Shown here: positions 36,826 through 46,332 of the stretch, in pieces
How the letters are laid out: each line of letters begins with the position of its first letter
Position numbering within the stretch: the stretch's first letter is position 1
Source: Candidatus Dormiibacterota bacterium
GTDB taxonomy: Bacteria > Chloroflexota > Dormibacteria > Aeolococcales > Aeolococcaceae
Length of the DNA stretch: 64,000 nucleotides
Direction of reading: 5' to 3'
Assembly (NCBI GenBank): GCA_019245575.1
Contig: JAFARE010000013.1
Coordinates: 10,580 to 74,579 of the forward strand
Made by a program: the position numbers and the translations under genes
Notes under the pieces: generated by a model
What the model was told of the DNA's origin: nothing
What the model saw: only the letters and a program-made list of their open reading frames with translations
Databases searched by the model: none

Positions 36826-38100
36826 TTGCAGCAGGCACGAAACCTGACGCTCGCGCTCGCGTGCGTGGCGGCCACCGGCGCCGCCGCGTGTGGGAGCACG
36901 GGATCGGGCTCCTCGGGGTCTGGGACGATCCTCATCGGATTGAACATCCCGGTCTCGGCGGACCCGTCAGTTGCGGGCGTGATCACGCGCGGCGCACAGC
37001 TGGCGGTGGACCAGGCGAATGCGCGGGGCGGTGTGAAGGTGGGCGGCACGACGTACCGCCTTCTGATCAAGAAGTACGACGACGGCGGCCAGCCCCAGCA
37101 GGCTGCCGCCAACGTGGACAGTGCGATCCATGACGGCGCAGTCGCCATGGTCGAGGACGGCATCGGCATGCGCATCAGCGCTGCGCACAGCCAGGCGGCC
37201 GGCGTTCCCGAGATTGACATCACCAACGGGGACACGACGCTGCTGGTGAACCAGCAGATGATTCCGTACCCGAGCCTGTTCCGCCTCGGCATCCCCAACG
37301 ACGCCGCGTCGGGGCTGCTCGCGACCTACGTGCAGTCGCATTCGCAGACCGCGGCGCTGCTGCACGACGACACCGACAACGGCCGCGACGGCGCCATGAA
37401 CATGGTGAGCAACTTCCAGACCGCCGGAGTGACCCTCAGCCCCTCGCAACCCATCGAGATCGCCGCTGACTCGCCGACGATCGACGCCCAGGTGCAGGAG
37501 GTCAAGGCGGCAGCTCCGGGTGCGATCGTCCTCTACGGCACCGACCTCTTCATCGCCAAGGCCGTCACGGCGTTTCACGCTGCGGGCGTCTCCACGCCGA
37601 TCTACACCAGCCAGCAGGGCGAGTCGCCCGCGGTGCGCCTGCTCGCCGGCGCGGCTGCGACGGAGGGCATGAAGCTCGTGACCGGGCGCATGACCAGCGA
37701 GGGTGACGCCACCGATTTCCCGGCATTCGAGAAGGCACTGGCGCAGGACCACCTCGGACCCACGGACGCCGGCTTCAAGGACTCGGAGGGCCAGGAGATC
37801 CGCCAGCCGAACGACGTCGACTTCTTCGCCTACGACGCGGTGCACGTGATCATCGCGGCGCTGCAGCACCAGGGGTCAGCCAATCCCGGCCGGCCGTTGC
37901 TCGACGCGATGAACGTGGTGACGGTGAAGAGCGCCAACGGCGACGCGCGCGGTTTCAACTCGCAGAACCACGAGGCGTTCGCCGCGCAGGACGTCTACAT
38001 CGCCGGCATCCACGACATGCAGTTCGAGCCGGTGAAGGACGAGCAGCTCTCAGCGACGCTGCCCACCGAGGACGAGATCCTCAGCGACTTCCCCAGCTGA
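36826..38100 (+). CDS. ABC-type branched-chain amino acid substrate-binding lipoprotein
   Basis: Lipobox AAAC; GAQLAVDQANARGGV, YDDGGQP, YDAV; GAGGAG RBS. Confidence 0.85.
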   Translation: MQQARNLTLALACVAATGAAACGSTGSGSSGSGTILIGLNIPVSADPSVAGVITRGAQLAVDQANARGGVKVGGTTYRLLIKKYDDGGQPQQAAANVDSAIHDGAVAMVEDGIGMRISAAHSQAAGVPEIDITNGDTTLLVNQQMIPYPSLFRLGIPNDAASGLLATYVQSHSQTAALLHDDTDNGRDGAMNMVSNFQTAGVTLSPSQPIEIAADSPTIDAQVQEVKAAAPGAIVLYGTDLFIAKAVTAFHAAGVSTPIYTSQQGESPAVRLLAGAAATEGMKLVTGRMTSEGDATDFPAFEKALAQDHLGPTDAGFKDSEGQEIRQPNDVDFFAYDAVHVIIAALQHQGSANPGRPLLDAMNVVTVKSANGDARGFNSQNHEAFAAQDVYIAGIHDMQFEPVKDEQLSATLPTEDEILSDFPS

Positions 38101-38105
38101 GCCGC

Positions 38106-38669
38106 CTACGGCGACCAGGACGGGTCGCGTCCGAAGAACGCCGCCAGGCGGTCGATCGCGGCGGCATCGCCGGCGATCTGCACCTCGGGGCCGAACACCT
38201 TGCCACTCTCCTCGGAGCCGCGGTACTCCGGCTTCAGCATGCTGCGTGCCCATTCGAGCGCAACCGTCGCGGCATCGTCGTCGAAGTCGATGTGCTGCCC
38301 GGTTGCTCGCGCCACGTCCCATCCGTGCACGGCGAACTCGGCGATCTGCTGCGTGGGCGGGCGCTGCGCGGCCGAGGCGTCCCCGGCGTGGTCGCGCCAC
38401 GCGGACAGCAGCTCCGCTGAACCGGAGCTGAACGTCGCCGTCCACTCCTCGTACGGAACATCGATGCTGCCCGGCTTCCACTGCTCTCCCTTGACCATCT
38501 TTGCGAACTGCTGCAGGTCGTACAGCACGTGGTTGACGAGCATTCGCACGTTCCACGACGCGCAGGGCGTGGGCAGCTCGAGCTGATCCTCGCGCACGCC
38601 GCCGACTGCCGCACCAGCCTGGTCCAGTGATCGTGAGAGGAGGGCGATGGCCTGTTCCTGATCCGCCAT
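38106..38669 (-). CDS. TIGR03086-like DinB/MDMPI superfamily metal-binding protein
   Basis: PTPCASWNVRMLVNHV, VHGWDVARATG, RLAAFFGR. Confidence 0.87.
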   Translation of the reverse strand: MADQEQAIALLSRSLDQAGAAVGGVREDQLELPTPCASWNVRMLVNHVLYDLQQFAKMVKGEQWKPGSIDVPYEEWTATFSSGSAELLSAWRDHAGDASAAQRPPTQQIAEFAVHGWDVARATGQHIDFDDDAATVALEWARSMLKPEYRGSEESGKVFGPEVQIAGDAAAIDRLAAFFGRDPSWSP

Positions 38670-38703
38670 GCCGCCAGCATAAGCAGCCGGGCGGCCGGGA
38701 CGT

Positions 38704-39159
38704 CTAGGGGATGTCGGGCAGGCGCGCCACCTGCAGCCAGAAGCGGTCGATCGAGCGGACCACCTCGGTGAACTCACTGAAGTCAACCGGCTTCACGACG
38801 TAGCAGTTGGCCCGCAGCTCGTAGGCGCGCTGCACGTCAGCGGGGCGCGCCGACGTGCTGAGCACGATCACGGGAATGCTGCTGAGCGCGCGGCTGTCCT
38901 TGATCTCAGCGAGCACCTCCATGCCGTCTTTGCGGGGCAGGTTCACGTCGAGCAGGACGAGCGCAGGCCGCGGAGCGCCGTCGAAGGGCGGCCGGCGGTG
39001 CAGGAACGACACCGCGGCGTCACCGTCGCCCACCACGTACAGGCGGTGGGGGACCTGTGCATGGCGCAGCGCGGTCTCGGTCAGCCGGACGTCGGCCCGG
39101 TTGTCCTCGACGACCAGGATGTTGACGGAAGGCGGCTGAGCGCGCGGCCCCGCATTCAT
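38704..39159 (-). CDS. Single-domain response regulator (Rcp1-like)
   Basis: VEDN, LLDVNLP, IPVIVLSTS, ANCYVVKP, FW. Confidence 0.9.
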   Translation of the reverse strand: MNAGPRAQPPSVNILVVEDNRADVRLTETALRHAQVPHRLYVVGDGDAAVSFLHRRPPFDGAPRPALVLLDVNLPRKDGMEVLAEIKDSRALSSIPVIVLSTSARPADVQRAYELRANCYVVKPVDFSEFTEVVRSIDRFWLQVARLPDIP

Positions 39160-39962
39160 CCGTCCGCCGGCGCCTGTGCAGGTAGCGTGAAATGAAACGC
39201 GGCGCCGCCGAGCGGTGAATCCTCGACCCAGATGCGCCCGCCGTGGTTGTCGATGATGCGCTTGCACGTGGCGAGACCGATGCCGCTGCCGGGATAACTC
39301 TCGCGGTCGTTGAGGCGCTGGAACATCTCGAAGATGCGCTCCCGATGCCGCGGCTCGACGCCGATGCCGTTGTCGGACACTACGAAATGCCAGACATCTC
39401 CCTCGTCGCGCGCTGCCCGCACCATGATGTGGGGGGACCCGTCGGGCGGACGGAACTTGAGCGCATTGGCGAACAGGTTCTGCATGAGCTGGCTGAACTG
39501 CGTTCGGTCGACCGAGACGGTCGGCATCCGCGCGGGCACGTCGACGATCGCATACGTCTCGAGGATCTGCGCAGCAAGCCCGTCGAGCACCTGGTTGATG
39601 ACGGTGCCGCTCTGCACCCGGCGCCGATCCGCACTGTGTACGCCGACGCGCGAGTAGTCCAGGAGGTCGTTGATGAGCGTCTTCATGCGGCGGGTTCCGT
39701 CGACGATGAAGGCGATGTACTCGTCGGCCTCCTCGTCGAGCCTGCCGCTGTACTCCTGCGCCAGCAGCTGGGCGAATCCGGAGATGGAGCGCAACGGCTC
39801 CGACAGGTCGTGCGACACCGCGTAAGCGAAGTGGCGCAGCTCGGCGTTGTACCGGGCCAGCTCGGCGGCGCGGATGGTCAGCTCGTGGCGCAGGCGGGCG
39901 ATGTCGGCGCGGTCGGAGGGGTTGCCCGGGCCGCGGCCAGATACGTTGGCCGCGGTGTTCAC
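39156..39962 (-). CDS. Histidine kinase (HisKA + HATPase) without evident sensor domain
   Basis: FAYAVSHDLSEPLR, NALKF, DNGIG, GSGIGLA; start uncertain (39962 or 40022). Confidence 0.85.
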   Translation of the reverse strand: MNTAANVSGRGPGNPSDRADIARLRHELTIRAAELARYNAELRHFAYAVSHDLSEPLRSISGFAQLLAQEYSGRLDEEADEYIAFIVDGTRRMKTLINDLLDYSRVGVHSADRRRVQSGTVINQVLDGLAAQILETYAIVDVPARMPTVSVDRTQFSQLMQNLFANALKFRPPDGSPHIMVRAARDEGDVWHFVVSDNGIGVEPRHRERIFEMFQRLNDRESYPGSGIGLATCKRIIDNHGGRIWVEDSPLGGAAFHFTLPAQAPADG

Positions 39963-40015
39963 GCGGCCGCGCAGGACCCTGAACGCCGCGGGCGGCACAG
40001 CCGGCGCGAGGGCGG

Positions 40016-41848
40016 CTACCACCGTGGATCTCGCGCCATCAGACGCCGCATCTCCGAAGCAGGCAGCGCCGCGGAGAAGAGATGCCCCTGGGCCATGTCG
40101 CATCCCAGCTCGCGCAACGCCGCCAGCTGCTCGGCGGTCTCGACGCCCTCGGCCACCACCGTCAGGCCCAGCGCCCCGCCGATCGTGAGCAGCGCGCGGA
40201 CGATCGCCGTGCCGCCCTGGTCGCTGCCGACATCCGACAGCAGCGCGCGGTCGATCTTCAGGATGTCGACCGGAAGACGGCGCACGACGTCGAGCGTCGC
40301 GTGGCGTGTGCCGAAGTTGTCGACCGCGAGCTTCGCGCCCAGCTCCTTGAGCGCTTCAAGGGTCCGCGTCAGGGCCTTGGGACACTCCACCAGCGACGTC
40401 TCGGTGATCTCGAGACACAGCACGGGCGAGTCCGGTCCCGGCCCGAGGTCGCCGAGCGCGGCAGCCACAGTGTCGACCACCTTGGGGTCCATGAGCTCGC
40501 GGGTGGACATGTTCACCGCGACCGTCAGGTTGTTGCAGACAGAGCCGGCGAGCCATTCCCGCGCCTGACGCAGCGCGGAGCGCACCGTCCATGCGCCGAA
40601 GCCCTCGATGAGTCCCGAGTGCTCGGCCTCGGCGAGGAAGTCACCCGGCAGCAGGACGCCGCGGCGCGGATGGCGCCAGCGCAGCAGGGCCTCAGCTCCA
40701 CAGATCGTGCCACGGCTGACATCAACGATCGGCTGATACACAGCCTGCAGCTCGCCGCGCTGCAGCGCATGGTGCAGGTCGGTCTGCGTCTCATGACGCG
40801 TGACCGCCGCCGCGTGCATGGGCGCCTCGAACTGGACCGCGCGTCCGCGGCCGGCCTGCTTGGCCCGGTACAGGGCGATGTCGGCGTCGCGCAACAGGCT
40901 CTCGGGGTCGTCGTCAGGTGAGGTGGCGAAGGTGAAGCCGATGCTGGCGTCGATGTACGCCTTGTGCTCGCCGATGACCATCGGGGCCCGCAGCATCTTC
41001 AGCATCCGGCCCGTGATCGCCTCCAGCTCCTCGCGGCCGTTGATCCGCTCGCACAGAACCGCGAACTCGTCGCCGCCGATGCGCGCCACCGTGTCCGCCG
41101 GGCGCAGCACCGCTCGCATGCGCTCGGCGACGATGGCCAGCAGCTCGTCGCCGGCGCTGTGGCCGAGGCTGTCGTTGACGATCTTGAAGCGGTCGAGGTC
41201 GACCATCATCACCGCCGCCAGGCTGTGTCCGCGCGACGCCCGCGGCACCGGGGTCTCCGAGCCGGGACGGAGGCGCGTCCTCATCCTGGCGAGCGCGCTG
41301 CGCACGCGGTCCTCGAACAGCATGCGGTTGGGAAGCCCGGTGAGCGCGTCGTGGTACGCCAGGTGGTGGAGCTGCCGGTCGACGCGCATGCGCTCGATGG
41401 CGTAGCGCAGCGAGCGGCGCAGCGTGCCGGCGTTGACGTCACCCTTGGTGAGGTAGTCCTGCGCGCCCTCGCGCAGCGCCTGCAGCCCGACACTCTCGTC
41501 GTCGCGCCCGGTGAGGACGATGATGGGAGCATCAGGCGCGGCCGTGCGGATCTGCACGAGCCCGTCCAGACCCTGCGCGTCCGGGAGCCCGAGGTCGAGG
41601 ATCACGCACGCCGTGTCGCGGGCCGCCAGCGCGGTGACCGCGGCGCCGGCGCTGCCCACGCTGACCAGCTCGAGCCGGTCCTTGCCGGGCTCGTCACGCA
41701 ACATCCGGCGCACCAGCGCGGCATCGCTCGGGCTGTCCTCCACCACGAGCACGCGCTTGGGCGCGCCATCAGGCGCTGCCCTGACGGGATATGCCGCCGT
41801 GCGGCTGCCCGCGATCTCCACCGCGGGTTCGGCCGCTTGCATCCGCAT
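40016..41848 (-). CDS. REC-GGDEF-EAL protein
   Basis: VEDS, LDLGLPD, GAQDYLTK; GGDEF; EAL; loop 6 reads DNFGTRHA; start approximate. Confidence 0.9.
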   Translation of the reverse strand: MRMQAAEPAVEIAGSRTAAYPVRAAPDGAPKRVLVVEDSPSDAALVRRMLRDEPGKDRLELVSVGSAGAAVTALAARDTACVILDLGLPDAQGLDGLVQIRTAAPDAPIIVLTGRDDESVGLQALREGAQDYLTKGDVNAGTLRRSLRYAIERMRVDRQLHHLAYHDALTGLPNRMLFEDRVRSALARMRTRLRPGSETPVPRASRGHSLAAVMMVDLDRFKIVNDSLGHSAGDELLAIVAERMRAVLRPADTVARIGGDEFAVLCERINGREELEAITGRMLKMLRAPMVIGEHKAYIDASIGFTFATSPDDDPESLLRDADIALYRAKQAGRGRAVQFEAPMHAAAVTRHETQTDLHHALQRGELQAVYQPIVDVSRGTICGAEALLRWRHPRRGVLLPGDFLAEAEHSGLIEGFGAWTVRSALRQAREWLAGSVCNNLTVAVNMSTRELMDPKVVDTVAAALGDLGPGPDSPVLCLEITETSLVECPKALTRTLEALKELGAKLAVDNFGTRHATLDVVRRLPVDILKIDRALLSDVGSDQGGTAIVRALLTIGGALGLTVVAEGVETAEQLAALRELGCDMAQGHLFSAALPASEMRRLMARDPRW

Positions 41849-42008
41849 CACCGCGATCATCCGGCGGCTCCGATGACGGCCGGCCCACGCGAACGCCACC
41901 GGATCGTCACAAATGTACGACGGATGGTGACGCGAAAGAGCGGTTTGACGCTCCTGCGTGGCGCCGCTATGATCGCCTGAAGGGGCAAAGGGTTTGGGGG
42001 TCGGGTAC

Positions 42009-42506
42009 ATGGGATTGGCGCATATCTCCCGCATCGCTGTGGCGCTCACCGCCGCAGCCGGGTCGTTCGCCGCTGCTGGGGCCGCCGGCGCCGGAGCGCA
42101 GGGCGCAAGCTGCCCGGTGGGGGACGAGGCCGTGACCAACGTCCACTACGCGATCTTCGATCCCAACAACACCAGCCACAACGCGACGCGCCTGCGCGGC
42201 AACGTGGACAGCGGCGACCAGGTGAATGTGCTGTTCGACGTGCCGGCGCTGCCGGCGGGGTGCTCGGACGTGACACTGACCATCGCCACGTACACGTCGC
42301 CTGTGTCGCCGCGGCATATGAACAAGCTCACGCTGTTCTCGCAGCAGTCGCAGAGCTTCATCGCCGGCGGCGGCTACGAGATGTCGGCGACGATCGCCCC
42401 CCACACGTCCGCGGCGACGCGCCATTTCCAGATCGACTTTGCGACGGGACCGGTGCTCACGCCTCCTGACTACGACTCCAACCTGATCGACTCCGCGCAG
42501 CACTGA
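42009..42506 (+). CDS. Secreted hypothetical protein
   Basis: Signal peptide; two Cys; coding-like codon bias; HFQIDFATG. Confidence 0.7.
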   Translation: MGLAHISRIAVALTAAAGSFAAAGAAGAGAQGASCPVGDEAVTNVHYAIFDPNNTSHNATRLRGNVDSGDQVNVLFDVPALPAGCSDVTLTIATYTSPVSPRHMNKLTLFSQQSQSFIAGGGYEMSATIAPHTSAATRHFQIDFATGPVLTPPDYDSNLIDSAQH

Positions 42507-42797
42507 CCGTCTGAACCCAGCGGCCCGCAGACCGTGTTTGAAAGGGGATGGATCGGCGCTATGCCCCGCTGACCACGGTCCGCAGCAGCGGATCGTGCGG
42601 ACTGAATTGCGCGATGCGCGTAGGACCCCGAGACACAAGCGCAGTCGGTGGTCCAGCCGGTGCCGTCCGGCATGACGGCCACGAAACTCCGGCCCTCCGC
42701 GAAATGGCCTGGTGACGTGAACACCAGGGGCCGTGGCCCCTGTCGTTACTGGAGCCTGTTGGCCGAAGAAGTCCCAGTGATTTGCTTGCGGCGTCCG

Positions 42798-45434
42798 TCA
42801 GACACGGGCGCGATTGCGGCGGCGGCGCAACGCAGGCACGGCGAGTGCGACGGCGACGCCCACCGCGGGCAGCATGATCGCCACCGGTGCATCCGGTGTC
42901 GAGGTCGTGGGGATGCTTCCGACCACGTAATCGCAGGTCGGGCCACCTGAATCCGCCTTTTCGAGCAAGCCGCCGGACTGCGGCGTGCCGGCGAGCGTGT
43001 CCGTCTCACCGGCTGGGCCGGTGAGCGTCGCGCCGAGCGGCGGCGACCCCACGTTCGCGAGTGGCACGTCGACTTCGACGACGCCGTTCGCTCCCAGCGT
43101 GAAGTGCCCAGTGTCGTTGGTGTTGGTCGACGCGTTGTACTGATGCGTGGTGCCGGTCACGGTGACCGTGCCGTCGTGGTACGTCGGCATCGAGCCGGGG
43201 ACCGATGAGAGCTCGGCATTCGAGAAGTACACGGTGCCGTTGTAGGTCCATATCGAGTACCACTCGTACGTCTCGCCCGCGGGAACAGTCTCGTTGAGGT
43301 TGGTGACGGTCAGGAGCGTGCGCAGCGTCGTCCCGTCGGCGCTGGTGCTGAACGCGCCGTGCAGCAGCGAGAGCTGCGGAGCGCTGTTGCCGCCGAAGTC
43401 GTTGACGGTGTGCGGCGGGTTGGTCCAGAGGCCGGACAGCGCGGAGCAGGTGCCGCCGCCCGTCTGGCAGGAAACCAGGCCGGGCTGGCCACAGTCCTGC
43501 GGCGCCGGCGCCGCCACGTTGTTGGTGGGGGTGAACGTGTTGTTCCCCGTGACGTCCTGACCCAGGTGGGTCACATTGGGTGCGCCTAACCCCGACGTGT
43601 AATCCCATCCGCTCGGGTCGGTGATGCTGTTGCGCGGCTGGCTCGTGTAGAAGCCATTGCCCGTCGGCGGGCTGGTGGGCGGGCCGCCGCCGATGTCGAA
43701 GAAGTCGTTCACATCGGCGGTGGGATTGAGGCCAATCGCGTACAGCGACGGGTTGGCGAAGCCGGCGGTGTAGACACCGCCAACCTTGGCCGACGTCGCG
43801 GCCTGGATGCGCGTCCACATCCCCATCCACAGCGGCGACGAGAGGCTGGTCCCGCCACCGGCGGAGTCTTTGACGCCGCCCATGGTCACCGCGTAGCCAT
43901 TGGAGATGACGTCGCCCGACTGAGCTGCGACGTCAGGGATGCCGCGGCACGGCGTGGCGGACGCGTACGGTGTGCCGTCCGGCTGCGAGACGCAGTCCTG
44001 CGTGTCGAGATACGTGATCCCGTGCTGGTACGTCGGCTCGGGGATATAGAACGTGTTGCCGCCACCGGTGTGCGTCCACGAGGTCTCTTGGGCGCGCGTC
44101 GCGTTGGACGCAGGAGACGTCAGCGTGTTCGGCGTGCTGTAGAGCACCGTGCCACCGACGGCGGTCACGTACCGGCTCGACGCGGGGTAGTTCGTCTCCG
44201 GGTACGCCTGGTTGAGGATGCCGTTACCGGCGCCGATGACCGTCGCTTGCACCACGGGGCACGACGAACCGGTGTCGCCCGTCGACGAGAACAGCGTCTT
44301 GCCTTCGATCGTCGCCTGCTGCAATGCGGTCTCGGAACCCTGCGTGAACATGACGCCGGCGCTCCCCGCCAGGCCGCCGAGGCCGGTGCCCACGCCGCCC
44401 TGGGTCACAGGGCTCGTCGGATCCTGCTCGCACTCACCGAACGAGGCATTGGCCTGCATGACGTTTGCGTCGCCCTCGAACGCCTGGAAGTCGGCGAGGA
44501 CGGATGGATCGGTGAGGTCCTTGGCAAAGATCAACGTTTCGCCGTACGCCTTGGGCGCCATTCCAGTCGACGCCTGCGTGTCGATGTCCCACTCGCCGTT
44601 CCCCGACGTGTCCTGGAAATCGTCGTTGATTGATTGGATCGTGATCGGGATCTGCGGCAGCGCGAACTCGCTCTCGAAGGCGCGCAGGTCGGAAATGGTG
44701 CCGGAGACGGCGCCTTCGCCCAGCACGGCCATCTGCTGGCCCTGTCCGAAGTTCGCCGTGCTGCTGGAGATGTTGGTCGGCTGGCCGTAGATCGACCACA
44801 TGTCCTGAGGCGTGGTGAGGCCGATGCACTCGCTGCCCGCGCAGTTGCCCTGCATGGTGTGCGCGCGCAGCAGGTTGTTCAGCCCGATCACGCCGGTCAC
44901 GTCGACACCTGCCGGCACCGTCGGGCCGCTCGTGTTCGCGTAGAACTGGGTGCCGCCGATCGAGTAGTCGTCGATGGATACAGAGAACGTGCTCTCGGCC
45001 TGGCTCACCGTTCCGGACAGCAGCAGGTAGCTGCGGGTGTTTGAAGCGAAGGCCACCTGCATGCCGGCACGCGTCACCCATGAGGCGACGGTCTGGTAGT
45101 CGGCGGTCGGAATGCCGAACTGCGCCGCCACCTGGTCGGGTGTGAGGAACTGGTGGTACTGGGCGCTGCCGGGCGTGTAGATGGCGTCGTACGCGGCCTG
45201 CTGCGCGGCGAGCGCGGCCGGGTCGGACAGGAGGACGCCCACCTGAACCGGGGTCGAGGGCGCGGCGGGCGCGCCGGTCACGCCTGCGAGGCCTGGGAAG
45301 ACGTCATTGGTCAGGACCGTCGTCGGGATCGAGCTCCCCGCGGCGAGGGCCGCGATCGGGCTCGAGAACAACGCAGCCGCCAGAGCTGCGCCCGCGAGCA
45401 CACTCGCCCCACGTTTCAGCGAGCGAACAGTCAT
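42798..45434 (-). CDS. Secreted S53 (sedolisin/kumamolisin) peptidase with pro-domain, extra beta domain and C-terminal anchor
   Basis: YHQFLTP pro-domain; EWDID; STGDTG; YPASS; PDVAA; GGTSLSSP; AGGAGG RBS. Confidence 0.92.
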   Translation of the reverse strand: MTVRSLKRGASVLAGAALAAALFSSPIAALAAGSSIPTTVLTNDVFPGLAGVTGAPAAPSTPVQVGVLLSDPAALAAQQAAYDAIYTPGSAQYHQFLTPDQVAAQFGIPTADYQTVASWVTRAGMQVAFASNTRSYLLLSGTVSQAESTFSVSIDDYSIGGTQFYANTSGPTVPAGVDVTGVIGLNNLLRAHTMQGNCAGSECIGLTTPQDMWSIYGQPTNISSSTANFGQGQQMAVLGEGAVSGTISDLRAFESEFALPQIPITIQSINDDFQDTSGNGEWDIDTQASTGMAPKAYGETLIFAKDLTDPSVLADFQAFEGDANVMQANASFGECEQDPTSPVTQGGVGTGLGGLAGSAGVMFTQGSETALQQATIEGKTLFSSTGDTGSSCPVVQATVIGAGNGILNQAYPETNYPASSRYVTAVGGTVLYSTPNTLTSPASNATRAQETSWTHTGGGNTFYIPEPTYQHGITYLDTQDCVSQPDGTPYASATPCRGIPDVAAQSGDVISNGYAVTMGGVKDSAGGGTSLSSPLWMGMWTRIQAATSAKVGGVYTAGFANPSLYAIGLNPTADVNDFFDIGGGPPTSPPTGNGFYTSQPRNSITDPSGWDYTSGLGAPNVTHLGQDVTGNNTFTPTNNVAAPAPQDCGQPGLVSCQTGGGTCSALSGLWTNPPHTVNDFGGNSAPQLSLLHGAFSTSADGTTLRTLLTVTNLNETVPAGETYEWYSIWTYNGTVYFSNAELSSVPGSMPTYHDGTVTVTGTTHQYNASTNTNDTGHFTLGANGVVEVDVPLANVGSPPLGATLTGPAGETDTLAGTPQSGGLLEKADSGGPTCDYVVGSIPTTSTPDAPVAIMLPAVGVAVALAVPALRRRRNRARV

Positions 45435-45663
45435 CACACCCCTCCTGCCGTCCTTCCTGAGCATCAACCCCGTCCTATCAGTAGGCATGTCGAACCTGGC
45501 GCCCCCAGGCTGATTCACTCCCTATGACGCGAGAGGGCTCAAAACCTTGCGCGATCCCCGACGCCGCTGCTCCTCGAGCCTGGGCGCCCCGACCACGTCA
45601 ATCTGACATCGGCAGTCTCTCTGCCGATCAGCAGCGGCCGCGAACCGTGTTTGAATTGGCGCC

Positions 45664-46332
45664 GTGCATGTCGTCATCGTCGGCTGCGGCCGCGTCGGAT
45701 CCGGGCTGGCCGGGACGCTCGAGGCGCAGGGCCATTCCGTCGCCGTCGTCGACAAGGTGCGCCGGGCGTTCCGGCGGCTGCCCCCCGGCTTCAAGGGCAC
45801 CCTCGTCGAGGGCTCGGGGTTCGAGCGCGACAACCTCGAGCAGGCTCAGATCGAGCGTGCGGACGCCCTGGCGGCGGTGACGTCCGGTGACAACTCCAAC
45901 GTTCTGACGGCGCGGATCGCCCGGGAGACCTACGGCATTCAGCGTGTGGTGGCGCGCATCTACGATCCCCGGCGCGCCGAGATCTACCAGCGGCTCGGCA
46001 TCCCCACGGTGGCGACCGTGACCTGGACGGTCGAACAGGTCGAGCGCTGGCTGCTGCCGCAGAAGATCACGCCCGTGTGGAGCGACGCGTCGGGGACGCT
46101 GCTGCTCGTCGATCACGTCCTGCCCGACCATCTCGCGGGCGCGCGCCTCGCCTCCATAGAGTCGTCGGGCACGATCCGCCTCGTCGCCGTCACCCGAGCC
46201 GGCGTGCCACGAGTCGACGCCGCCGACCTCGTCGGCCAGGAGGGTGACCTGCTCCACATCGCCGTGGCAAAGGCAGCCGTGCCACAGCTCGAGACCGCGT
46301 TGGCGGCTCCCGATGCCGAGGCCGCATCGTGA
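45664..46332 (+). CDS. trkA: TrkA-family potassium uptake regulatory subunit (CeoB-like)
   Basis: VGCGRVG, AVTSGDNSN, ARIYDPRRAEIYQRLGIPTV. Confidence 0.9.
   Translation: MHVVIVGCGRVGSGLAGTLEAQGHSVAVVDKVRRAFRRLPPGFKGTLVEGSGFERDNLEQAQIERADALAAVTSGDNSNVLTARIARETYGIQRVVARIYDPRRAEIYQRLGIPTVATVTWTVEQVERWLLPQKITPVWSDASGTLLLVDHVLPDHLAGARLASIESSGTIRLVAVTRAGVPRVDAADLVGQEGDLLHIAVAKAAVPQLETALAAPDAEAAS

Noticed and set aside
40300-40325. DNFG in the EAL domain matching the DNFGWG peptide
   Set aside because: Four-residue coincidence arising from a variant DDFG motif; no evidence of a relationship
42507-42797. Possible 55-aa ORF from ATG 42548 or ncRNA in a 290-bp gap; hairpin CAGGGGCC-GT-GGCCCCTG
   Set aside because: Purine tract directly abuts the ATG, composition is not protein-like, and no RNA family is recognisable; the hairpin is probably just a terminator between convergent genes
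45435-45663. c-di-AMP (ydaO) riboswitch upstream of the trkA/APC locus
   Set aside because: Expected conserved elements not found in recognisable order on the plus strand
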